Shown here: piece by piece, positions 1 through 9,923 of the stretch
Layout of the letters: every line of letters begins with the position of its first letter
How positions within the stretch are numbered: the stretch's first letter is position 1
Source of the DNA: Zygnema circumcarinatum SAG 698-1b
Taxonomy: Eukaryota > Plantae > Zygnematophyceae
NCBI GenBank assembly: GCA_037447605.1
Contig: CM074813.1
Span: 2,294,001 to 2,358,000 of the forward strand
DNA: 64,000 nucleotides
Reading direction: 5' to 3'
Notes under the pieces: generated by a model
What the model was told of the DNA's origin: nothing
The model's database searches: none
Seen by the model: only the letters and a program-made list of their open reading frames with translations
Made by a program: the position numbers and the translations under genes

Positions 1-607
1 AATGTCAGGCACAGGAGAGACAGACTTTCTATCGTGTAGTTCAGTGAATTTCCCAAGCTAGTAGGTCCCTTTTTTTGCCTCATTCGTCTACATTGTTTCA
101 AACCCAAAATGTCTTAAATAGTGAACCATTTTTATATGAATAAACTCCAGTCATCCCTCCTCTCTTCCTTTCATCTGCCTCGCACGCCTCGTCTCTGTTC
201 TCTCTGCACTTCCTTTCCAACGTCTTTTTCTTTCCTCCTTTCACCACTTTTTCCCCTATTGCACTGTTTCGCATGACTTCCCGTGTCTCAGGGCACATTG
301 AAGGGCTTATCGTTAGAGTCAGGGCCTGCATACTGTTTGCGAGATGAGGTTGTGATGTGTAAAGGTTTTAGACTCCTGTACATAGAGCAGCCGCGGAAGA
401 CGCCCAAAGCAATTCACCTAATAGTAATTGCTTTACTCTAGGGTTGGCCACCAATCGTGGTAACTGCTGCTTGCAATTTTGTCAAACTGAGACACATTGC
501 TGGGACTCTTGACGTAAAGTTCTGAATCAGATTTGAAAATTGTGTCTACTCTTGTTGATCCATCGTTGAATACGAGGAAACTTATTGTCTTGTGATGGAT
601 TCTGCAG

Positions 608-692
608 GTTTCATCCAAATTGTGTAAACTTAACGATGGAGCAGATTCGCAAGCTCACAAATTTTTACTGCTCCGAGTGTCAGACAAGCTGA
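608..692 (+). CDS. Terminal exon of an EBS/SHL-like BAH-PHD chromatin reader; the gene starts before the window
   Basis: Acceptor ttctgcag at 600-607, then G + TTT CAT CCA... reads (W)FHPNCVNLTMEQIRKLTNFYCSECQTS*. This matches the PHD C-half of plant EBS/SHL as I recall it (W[FY]HP.C...T.EEAKK.D.F.C.EC). It is too short for the ORF track. Confidence 0.8.
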
Positions 693-2434
693 GGCCAAGT
701 GCCGGAGTTCCATACAAAAAGCAATAATGTTGTTTCTTCGAAGGGAGGGGCTGCACATTACTGACGATTCTGTAACTAGGTTAGGTTTGTTCTCTCGTAT
801 AGGAAGGTCTTCACCACAATTATCGCAGTGACGGCATGTCTGTGTACAGACATTTTTCTGCCATTAGAGGTGTTCGCAGGGGTACTTGCTTTCTACACGC
901 CAAACTCCTCATGGAGAACGGGGCAGTAGCGTGGGCTTCCGATAGAGTTCCATACGTAGCAGAGGCGGCGCCATGGCCGGTGCTCTCCTGGGGAGCCGCT
1001 TCGCACTGCACAGCGTGGTTCGTGCGTAGGTGTACATAGTCTCAACCTTGCGGTGGCCGATGTTCTCTTCTTATTGAGCCGTTGTATGTCGGGCAGTGGC
1101 GCTTACAATTCATTCGTTACTTGAGTGTGCGGATTTTGGCAAGGTCTCGGTCTCAAGTTGCTCAGCTCACACTCGCTAGAGCTCCAACAAAACCCGTCAT
1201 TGACATTGCGAGTCGCGAAAAATGACAAAGTGAAGCTTTTTGGAGGTTGGGAAGACAACGGAGGGGGTAGGGTTCAGCTTCGCCTGTTCTATGTCCTCTG
1301 CAGTTCTACTGAACGGCCTTCGCCAAGAGGATTCTCTAATGACATAAACCCATCTGATTTGAACGGAATGTGTACGGAATAAAGGGGCTATGCGCACAGC
1401 GAAATCAAGCAGGAACACGCAGGAAATCTTGTTCATCCAATCGGCGTCAGCCACACAGCCAGATATGTCGTATTTGACGGTCGACCGCGTGTGCCGGCGT
1501 ATCTGCATGGCCGAGTCAGCGCTGACCGGCCCCTGATTGGCTGCTTCAGATTGCGCCATCCCGTGCTCTAGTGTCCTTGTGCTTCTAGTGCCTCTATGAT
1601 TTTTTTCGTACGAGAACCATACGGCATATTTTGTCCGCTTCGCTTTGACCACAAGGCGGCCCCTCTGAGGTGCCCCTACGGCCGTCGATTTGTCGGCGCT
1701 GGACTACATCGCCGCTGTTCATATCGCCAAACACGGAAAGTTTTGGAGCCAGGAGCTTCCATCGGCCAATCACAGCCCTCCGCCGCCGCCTGCCCTTCTG
1801 CCCGGGCAGCTCTTCGCCGCTCGGCCTCGCATGGCCGACGGCTTCCGGCCGCCCTGAAATTCATGAACCGGTCGGGCAGGTGAAACGTTTCCTGGCAGCG
1901 CTCGGTCAGCGACTAAATCGTCATAAACTCCTTTTATACCCGCACACAGTTCAATTTCGACCATCACGGGCAGAACAATACAACCAAAAAGAAAATGTAT
2001 GGCAGTTTGCTAAGGGCTGAGAGCGACGTCTTCAGCCAGTTTCTGCAATCCGCGGGGGGATTTTTCGACGTGGAAATCGGATTAAAATGTTATCCGACAT
2101 GGAGAGGTTCGATTGGCCGTTGGTGTGACGTGGAGGGCGGTGATTGGATAAGCTGCAGCAATTTCCACCCGCCTTTTCCGGCCTTACTCGGGCTCGTTGC
2201 CGTTCAGGACGGCAGGGGCTGCCTCCCGCCTCCGCTTGCAGGCGCAGCCCTCCCTCCCTCCCTCCCTCCCCGCTGCGCCCAGAGCTCCCTCCCATCTTGA
2301 GGTGCTGCCAATCTGAGGTCTGCACGGCTGCTGGCATTGCCTTGCAGGGCGAGGCGGGGCCGGGGGCGAAGGAAGGAAGGAGGGGAGGAGGTCTGGAAGG
2401 GGAGAGCCATTGGCCCTTTGAGCTCTGCGCTCTC

Positions 2435-2596
2435 ATGGGCAGAGGCGGAGGGACAGAGGCATCTGGCCGTGTGGCGGAGCGGCGGGTGCTGGCTGGAGAG
2501 GGAGCTGTGGACGCGGGAAAGAGTGGCGATGAGGGGTCGGAAAGGCTTGCTGATATTCTGAAGAGAGTTAGGGCGTTGGCAGCGCGGCTGGACAAG
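2435..2596 (+). CDS. Putative first coding exon of an unresolved small spliced gene
   Basis: ATG 2435 opens MGRGGGTEASG...LADILKRVRALAARLDK and ends at an AAG|GT donor. Telo-box-like TAGGGTT follows at about 2612 and 2656, and candidate acceptors lie at about 2686 and 3097. No homology recognised and the downstream exon chain is ambiguous. Confidence 0.3.
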
Positions 2597-3780
2597 GTGT
2601 CTGAGAGGATTAGGGTTCTGAAAACAAACTAAGGATCGATTTGATGCTGGACCCTAGGGTTTGCTCTTGTTCTTGCAATGAAAACAGGTCCTGAAACTTT
2701 TTGAAGGGTTGATAAGTAGCTCTAAGTTGTTTTTGGATATATAACTTGGAAACCTCGAGTCAAGACTCAGCAATCGACAAGGCTCAAATCGTTCATTCTT
2801 GGTGTCTTGCAATACCAAAATTTATGGAGTGGGATGCTCGCCGATGGAATTTCATAAATATGTGAGATCCTTTAAAAAAATACAAAAACATCATTGCCAA
2901 TAACTTATAACCCTGTTCGCTTGATTGTGTATCGCTGTTCCTTTATGCTGCGCACGTACCTGAAACGTATATAGCAGGATAGGCCACTAATATAACCATC
3001 TCCTTAGGATTCAAAGACAAGGCTCGGAATCGTGAACTCAAATCTTTGACAGTTTATGTTCTTCCTTCGTATGTGTATTTGTACTAATTTTGAGCAGTTT
3101 GCAAATCGCGCCAAAAGGACATTGTGAAAGGGCTGAAGCAGATTGTTCCTGCAACAAGAACGGAGTTCAAATAGATTCATTCGACTACGCTACCTGAGCA
3201 AGCACAAGCGGATGGAAAAAAAGAGAGAACGAGCACGGAAAGTTGCTGAAGTAGGTTGCTGCATTGGTGGACGGTTCTCTTTCATCCTGTCTCCATGCTG
3301 TTGGAAGACGGCGGAAAAAGAACGCCACTTGTTACAGCTCTGCGCTCAACCTTGTTGAGGAGAATATTCAAAGGGTGTGCTTGTGTCTGTGAACACATTT
3401 GTCCATTCAATTCTTTGGAAGTAGGAACATTTTACATTTTACTTTCCTTACTCCTTTCTTTCCTCTTCAGTTCTTCTCCTCGATTACAGCCAAATACTGT
3501 ACGAGTGATGAAGAGAAGGGTGTCGGTAGATTAGTGGAAGAATCATATGTGTCTGCTCTGTCATTGATTATTTCTGGCGCACCGTAAAATGGAAAAGCTG
3601 CGGGCGCTTTGAACTTGCAATCGGATGCATTTGTACATCGATTAATAGCAATGTCTCTTTTGTTTCCTTACTTCAGAACACAATTTTTCCGCCTTGTGCT
3701 ACGGCAGCAATTAGCGCCGTTCGTAAAAAATTACAATGATGGCGAATTCGACAAACGAAAAGCTCAGAACATGGACTGAA

Positions 3781-4603
3781 CATGGACGAAATCAGCATTA
3801 AGAACCACGAGGAACTGGCCACAAAGAACCTAAGGACAAAAGAAAAAAAACTAGGAGCGGAAAGATACGCTTAGGCTCAACAACGCTTCGAGCCCTCCCT
3901 CGAAGCAGCCGCGAAGGTCGCCCATGTACGGCACATCACATCGCGCGGAGGAGGGAGGGAGGAGCGGCGGACGGCCACTGGCAAGGCTGCACGCCGAAGG
4001 AGCGGAGAAGCGAGGAGAAGGGCACCGCTGAAGGGCGACAAAAATTCGCTGTCGATAAAAAGTCGAGGATCGCCGGAGGAGGAGGAGAGGAGGGCTTCCT
4101 TCCTTTCGGGGCCGTGCGCGCATCTCCAAGGAGCGATGGGCGCACGCCCGCACGCACGCAGGAAGGCAAAAGGACGGACGGCATCCAAACGGGCGTCGAG
4201 GCGACCACAAATTGCAACAGCCGTAGGAACAAACTCGTCGGCCGCGTCACGTCACGGCGGGCATATGCGCGATGGCTCCTTGCGGAGGGCCGCATCGACT
4301 TCGTGTTGCGCTGCGCGCGAGAATAAATAGATCGCTGCGGGTGGGATCGGGCCACGCCACATCCCCAACAATGCGCCGAGAGGGAGGGCCAGGCGAGGGC
4401 ATCGACCTCCGCGCTCGCCGCGAGCAGGCAGGCGGTCGGTCGAGGGCGCGCAATAATGCGGCGCGGCTCGCGGCGCGCACGACATCAATCACGAGCCGAA
4501 ACGCGCTCGTCCCCGCGCACGCAGCGAAGAGGACGGCCGCCCTCCCTCCTGCGCATCGAGCGAATCCCCGCAGACACAGCGAGGACAACCCTGCAAAGGG
4601 GGG
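3781..4603. repeat. Dispersed composite repeat, copy 1 (probable non-autonomous TE); second copy at 44033-44559
   Basis: 4183-4603 aligns with 44117-44559, with a near-identical core GGCATCGACCTCCGCGCTCGCCGCGAGCAGGCAGGCGGTCGGTCGAGGGCGCGCAATAATGCGGCGCGGCTCGCGGCGCGCAC. 3781-3814 aligns with 44083-44113. Confidence 0.85.
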
Positions 4604-4904
4604 TGGGGGAGCCCGAGACGAAGTCGCGCTGCAAACTGAAATTGGCCCGGGGTCAATGGTTTTTCAAAGGTTTTGGCCCTACTTTTATAGTTCCAAAAGC
4701 CCGAGTTTTATAACGAAATATAAAAAGAACTATAGAAGGATCGCACGTGCGGCCATCCCTCCCCCCCCAACGTGGCGTCACGCGCTCGCCTACTGCACGT
4801 GGTGGCCGTTCCCTGTTGGCAGTTCCGTGCAACTTCCACATGTGCGGGGTGACGCCGCTGTTTCCGCGAGCCGTTTGACGGAACTGCGCAGGCTGGGCCG
4901 TTGG

Positions 4905-5080
4905 ACCTATCATTGGTAATGGTTGCCAACCATTGGTACCCGACCCGAGCAACCATTGTACTCCAATGGTTGCCAACCTTTGGTAGCGTACTCGACCCGA
5001 GCAACCATTGCACTCCAATGGTTGGTTACAAACCATTTGGACGTCCACCCATCCAATGGTCGTCCAGTGGCGGACCTGCC
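4905..5080. repeat. Array of palindromic CAACCATTG/CAATGGTTG units
   Basis: The 32-bp unit CGACCCGAGCAACCATTGYACTCCAATGGTTG occurs at 4941-4972 and 4993-5024. Each has a 9-bp stem and 5-nt loop, and degenerate half-units lie on both sides. Confidence 0.85.
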
Positions 5081-5206
5081 CGCCCGCGGCCCGGCCGTAC
5101 GGCGCAGAATCCCACGGCCATATAACGCGACAAGCACGCGCCTTGTCCTGTCGAGTCCTTGTTTGCAAGCGCTTTGTCCGTACTTACAAAAGCTAATACG
5201 ACGGTA

Positions 5207-5397
5207 CAGTAGACCCCCCCAATATTTTCGCCATGGTTTCGGCAAATATTGGGCGAAAATATTGGGTAGCGAAAATATAAGGGTGCGTGTTAACAATAGG
5301 CGGGCAGTATTATATTAAAAAGTGGTTTTGGCAAATTCAGGGCGAAAATATTGGGGAGCGAAAATAAGAGGGGCGAAAATATTGGGGGGGTCTACTA
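5207..5397. mobile_element. MITE, pogo/Tc1-mariner-like, about 190 bp
   Basis: Perfect 25-bp TIR AGTAGACCCCCCCAATATTTTCGCC (5208-5232 / 5372-5396). The left end reads TA|CAGTAG, as in pogo-type ends; the right end is imperfect (CTACTACA). GCGAAAATA repeats internally. No ORF. Confidence 0.85.
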
Positions 5398-6017
5398 CAA
5401 AAGATTTGTCGCCAAGCTCGTCAGGCGCCTCTCGGCTGCCTTACCGTACCACGGCGCACACGTCACAGCTTGCTGCCACGTTACGGTACGGCGCCGCCGC
5501 CAGTCTTTCTGGGTCCGCCCGCGCGCCGTACAAATTCTGCGCTGCCCACCACGTGCGGCCAGCGGCTGTAGGCGACAAGCCGCATCGCCCGACGGGTTGC
5601 GCCGCCCCCGTATGCGTCCAAAGATACTGCGGGACGAATATCCGCTACTCGTGCGCGCCCTACAAAGTCTGATCATGACGTCACTATTGCGTCAGCTAGT
5701 TTCCCCCGCTCGCGTCAGCCCCGACGTGGCTGACGTGGCCCTTCAGACGCGGCACGGGCAGCGAGCCTTGAGTTAATGCGCACTTGCATCAGAGCTCGCT
5801 GATTGGACCCTGTGGAGATATTATCTCGTGCGCATGCAAGCCACGTGGCACGCGCCCACTTGTGGTCGTGGCACGCGCCTCTTGTGGGCCCGCCGGCCGC
5901 CACGTCAGCCGCGGCGGCGGGCGGGCGGAAAGTCCTCCGCGGCGCGGTCCCAAACCTTCGGAGCGATGCAGTCAAGGAAATCAGGAGACAGATCTGAAAA
6001 TGTTTTTCAATTATCTT

Positions 6018-7126
6018 GGGTAGTGATATTTCCACCCCTTTTTTGGATCCAAACACCCCTTCCCGGCCGGGCAGATTTCAAAAAGGATTAAAAACGGAAA
6101 ATGCTTTTTTCACACCTTTTTGGAATCGATACCCACCCTCCATCGGCAGATTTTATTTCTGCGAAACAAGGAAAATGATAACCCGTCACCCCATTTTGAA
6201 TATCCCGCCTACCTGAATTTTTTTTCACGCGTGCGGTCATCGCAGCCGTCGATTCCCTCGCAGATCGCAACACGGCAGATCCCTATTTGATCTGCAGCCG
6301 GGCTCGGTCACAGCGAATGGCACGTGCCCACGTATCCCGCCAAAGTCGTCTCAAAAGTTTGTCCGTACAAATGTCGTACGGACGCAACTTAAGGAACCCA
6401 GAATTTCGTACATTAGGGGGTGTCAGACTTAACAAAATCTTACGAAAAGCGTTACGAAAAAAAAGGTTACGAAAGTACTCCGCCGCGGAAGGATCGCGAT
6501 TATACTGGAGTACTCGTTCTGATGTCAAACTTACGAACACGCGTACTGAAATTTTTTAAGTCTGACACCCCCTATTGAGAGCTTGGACCAATCAAAATTT
6601 TCCACGTCAAAAAATGAAACACGTGGCAGAGTTTTATTGGCTGGGAACTAACAATGACGAGATCTCGGGCCGAGGGACGCGCGCACTCGTACGTGCGATC
6701 CGGCTTTGACGGGACTCGTGGGCGCTTTCCATTCGCTAAGATCGAGCCCGGCTGCAGATCGAACGGTGACCTGCAGTGGTGCGATCTGCGAGGGAATCGA
6801 CAGCTGCGATTGACACACACGTGTGAAGGACGGACATCCGCGAGCGATCTCGTGGCGGACGGATCTTCCGCTTCGAGCGGATTCGGGCAGGCAGATATTT
6901 CATTCCCTCAAAAAAAAATTCAGGGATGCGGGATACAGTATTCAAAATGCAGTGACGGGGTATCATTTTCCTTGGTTAGCAAAAATAAAATCATCCGACG
7001 GAAGAAGGTGGGTATCGATTCCAAAAAGGTGTGAAAAAAGCATTTTCCCTTTTTAATCCCTTTTGAAATCTGCCCGGCCGGGAAGGGGTGTTTGGATCCA
7101 AAAAAGGGGTGGAAATATCACTACCC
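6018..7126. mobile_element. Non-autonomous long-TIR (Mutator/foldback-like) element, 1109 bp
   Basis: Inverted arms at about 6018-6347 and 6701-7126 start GGGTAGTGATATTTCCACCCCTTTTTTGGATCCAAACACCCCTTCCCGGCCGGGCAGATTTCAAAA. Exact 8-bp TSD ATTATCTT at 6010-6017 and 7127-7134. The right arm has an extra stretch of about 80 bp near 6827-6910. Confidence 0.9.
6415..6573. mobile_element. 159-bp MITE nested in the long-TIR element (PIF/Harbinger-like by its 3-bp TSD)
   Basis: Perfect 18-bp TIR AGGGGGTGTCAGACTTAA (6415-6432 / 6556-6573). 3-bp TSD ATT at 6412-6414 and 6574-6576. TTACGAA repeats internally. Confidence 0.85.
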
Positions 7127-7328
7127 ATTATCTTTTAGTGATCTAGAGGCTTTTCTGGGCAGAGCATATGCGGCCTTTGTGGGCAACAACGTGCGCTCAT
7201 TGGCGGCGTGCTGCCCGTGTTTCTGGCTGCCCGGCTCCAGCCAGAACCAAAATTCAACAACAAAAAAAAATATATAATTAAAGCAAATCAAAATACTATT
7301 TCGGCCCTCCAACCAAACTTTTTTCAAT

Positions 7329-7379
7329 GCCCGCCCGCCCGCCCGCCCGCCCGCCCGCCCGCCCGCCCGCCCGCCCGCC
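7329..7379. repeat. (GCCC)n microsatellite upstream of the bZIP gene
   Basis: About 12.75 uninterrupted GCCC units, read directly from the sequence. Confidence 0.95.
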
Positions 7380-7664
7380 AGCCAGCCCGCCTCCCAGGGC
7401 ACCGACATTTTCCCGCCATTTCCGGTCCGCTTCTCCCGCCCCCACTCGTCACCTCCCCCGCGGCCACGCGTGAACCCCCGGCCGGCAGATATCTTCAGAA
7501 TGCGCCACGCGGCAATCCGTGATTCGCTCATTCTGCCACCTCAGCCGCGCACCCCGCCAATCAGATCGTAGATTTAGATTTCCCGGCCGCGGCCCCGCCC
7601 TCAAATGCGGCCGCCACGGCCCAACCTCCGCTCGGCAGATCGACTATTGAGGAGAGGCGCAAGG

Positions 7665-8953
7665 ATGCCCTACTCGGCCGGGCCAGCCATGGCTGCCTCC
7701 TCCGCTGCAGCATCCCAGCCATGGCGGCAGCAGCAGCAGGCCGCCTTCGGGCCGGACGTCATAGCCGCATCAGGTGCCACCTGGCATATCCCAGGCGGCG
7801 AGCAGTCCTCCGCCTGCCTGCAGGAATGGCTGCAGAGCGTGCTCCCGCCGGCGGCCTGTGCGGGGGGCAGTGGCAGAAAGGGCCTGCAAGGAGGTGCCGC
7901 CACGTGGCATGAAATGGGCGCGCCAGGTGGCGGGGAGGCGACGGACACGTGCAGTCAGGACAACGACGGGCCGCCTCGCGGGGACAGCGCGGAGGTGACG
8001 GACGAGGACGCGCTCGAAGAGGATGCGGCCGCGCTCGACGAGAAGCGCATGCGCAGGTCAGCGCGCCCGCCATGGCTGGGCTGAGCTGCATCCCCGTCCG
8101 AGGTCGTTGATAGAATAGAAATCAGGAGAGGGGCCTGCAGGAGGCAGAGAGAAAAAGGAAGGGGGAGAGAGAAAGGGAGAGGGAGTGGGGAGGGACTCCT
8201 GGCCTCTGTCGGCTGTCTGTCTGTCTGTCTGACACGTGGCGGGCGGTGGAGTGGTGCAGGATGCTGTCGAACCGCGCGTCGGCGAAGCGGTCGCGGCAGC
8301 GGCGGCAGGAGCGCTTGGGCGCGCTCGAAGTGCAGTGCGCGAACTTGCGCGTCGAGCGCGCTGCGACCGCGCGCCGCCTCAAGGACGCGCTACACGACAA
8401 CGCGCTCCTCCGCGCCGACCTCGCGCAAGCGCGCGCCGAACTCGGTCAGCTCAAGGCCGCGCAGGGCGGGGCGGCGGAGGGGGCGGCGGGAGAGGGAAGG
8501 GAGGGAGAGGGGGAGAGGGAGGGGGAGGAGGGGGGAGAGGGAAGGGAGGGAGGGGGAGAGGGAAGGGAGGGAGGGGAGGGAGGGGAGAGTCCGACTGTAG
8601 TGAATTTAGAGAAGGGAGAGGGGGGTGTGGGAGGGGAGGTCTGCGAGAATAGTGGGAGGGGGAAGAGGAGGGGGAGGGGGGTGGAGGAGAGGGAGACGGG
8701 GGGAAGGAATAGGGGGGAAGAGTCGGCCATGGCGGAGGAGGGTTGTGGGGGGAGAGGAGGGAAGAGGCGGGCGTTGGGGCATGGTGAAAGGAAGAGGCCG
8801 GCGGGGGGGGAGGCTCGTGCTGACGTGGCGGGGCTCTTGGTCAACGCCGAAGGGACACGTGGCAGTGGGGTTGACGAGGGAGGGCTCTTGGCGCCCGAAG
8901 CGTATGTCGACGTCAGCCGGTGGCTCGACTCGCTGGATTGTTTGGTCGGCTGA
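7665..8953 (+). CDS. bZIP transcription factor (group C/S-like basic region); 2 exons 7665-8056 and 8260-8953, about 361 aa
   Basis: Splicing CGC AG|gtcagc...gtgcag|G ATG gives DEKRMRRMLSNRASAKRSRQRRQERLGALEVQCANLRVERAATARRLKDAL, which has the N-x7-R basic motif and a heptad zipper. An in-frame ATG at 7689 is an alternative start. Confidence 0.85.
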
Positions 8954-9650
8954 AGGGGACACGTGGCAGCTTCTGGGCAAGTTTCGCCACTTTCTAGAGA
9001 AGGGCTCGTAGTATGTGCAGAAGGTTAATAAGCTTATCAATGCGGCCGTGGTTGATTGGTCCCTCGAAATATATAATTTATATTTTTTAGGCGCATGCGC
9101 AGCTATGGCGGTTCTTCCGGTTGCATCATGTACTTATGTGTCTGAGACTCTGGGTATACATGCATGCATCCATGCATGTATGGCACGGGAGAATACTTTG
9201 GGTCCATGTGGAGGCATATAGATGAAGATGTAGAGGTAGAAAGGCTGAGGTCGCAGCTCTAGTGACGTCACGCTCACTGGCTGAGTCTAGAAAGGAAGCA
9301 GATCGTCCTGCGAAGCTGTGAAGGACAGCTTCGCAAGTTTACATGTGCAGTTTTGTTGTAAAGAGGAGAAGGGAACGCAGATGATGATGATGACGATGAT
9401 GGCAAGAAGGCTCTTGTTTTCAGCGCCGATTTGGCTCTGTGATGATCTCCCATCTGGTGTCGCATAACTGGATCTGGTTTTTGGGTCATATATTTGTTAT
9501 TATGAAATGCTGGTCTCGTCTCCCTGTCGTCCCCTCTTGCACGTTTTTTCAAAATTCGGAACGCAGATCAGAAGGTAAATGCCAGCCAGAAGTGCAGACA
9601 GGCGGAGCTCTGCTCTGCGTGCAAGCGCGCTTCGCTGCTGCTGTGGCGAG

Positions 9651-9768
9651 GGAGGGAGGGAGNNNNNNNNNNGAGGGGAGGGAGGGGAGGGAGGGAGGGA
9701 GGGAGGGGAGGGAGGAGGGAGGGAGGGGAGGAGGGGAGGGAGGGGGAAGGGAGGGGAGGGAGGGTTAC
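9651..9768. repeat. GGGA/GGGGA purine tract containing a 10-N assembly gap (9663-9672)
   Basis: Read directly from the sequence. Confidence 0.9.
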
Positions 9769-9806
9769 CTGTTCACTCCGTACAGTGCAATCCGTAACAG
9801 GGCTTC

Positions 9807-9923
9807 TTTGTCCATAGGACCTTTGTGACCAGTGGTTATTCCTCGTGGTTCCCCGCGATAATTTATGTTGTTCATGTGCATTGATGGCATCGCCATTCGT
9901 GCGATCAACGCTACACCGCCCCT
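9807..9923 (-). repeat. Copy of the short dispersed repeat family (see 29378-29450)
   Basis: The reverse complement reads GTGTAGCGTTGATCGCACGAATGGCGATGCCATCAATGCACATGAACAAC...GGGGAACCACGAGGAA..CTGGTCACAAAGGTCCTATGGACAAAG. It aligns with 29387-29450, 44043-44113 and 3781-3840. Confidence 0.75.

Noticed and set aside
3851-3906. Helitron-like 3' end (8-bp hairpin at 3885-3906 and CTAG|T on the minus strand)
   Set aside because: The hairpin is about 30 nt from CTAG, further than usual. Repeat homology continues on both sides of this point, and no matching 5' TC end was found.
4941-5024. CRISPR-like palindromic repeats
   Set aside because: Only two full units with a 20-bp gap, in a eukaryotic context with no cas genes.
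7500-7571. uORF upstream of the bZIP gene (possible sucrose-repression peptide of S1 bZIPs)
   Set aside because: The peptide MRHAAIRDSLILPPQPRTPPIRS has no resemblance to the conserved SIRT peptide.
9663-9672. Run of 10 N
   Set aside because: Assembly gap in a purine tract. ORFs crossing it are not meaningful.
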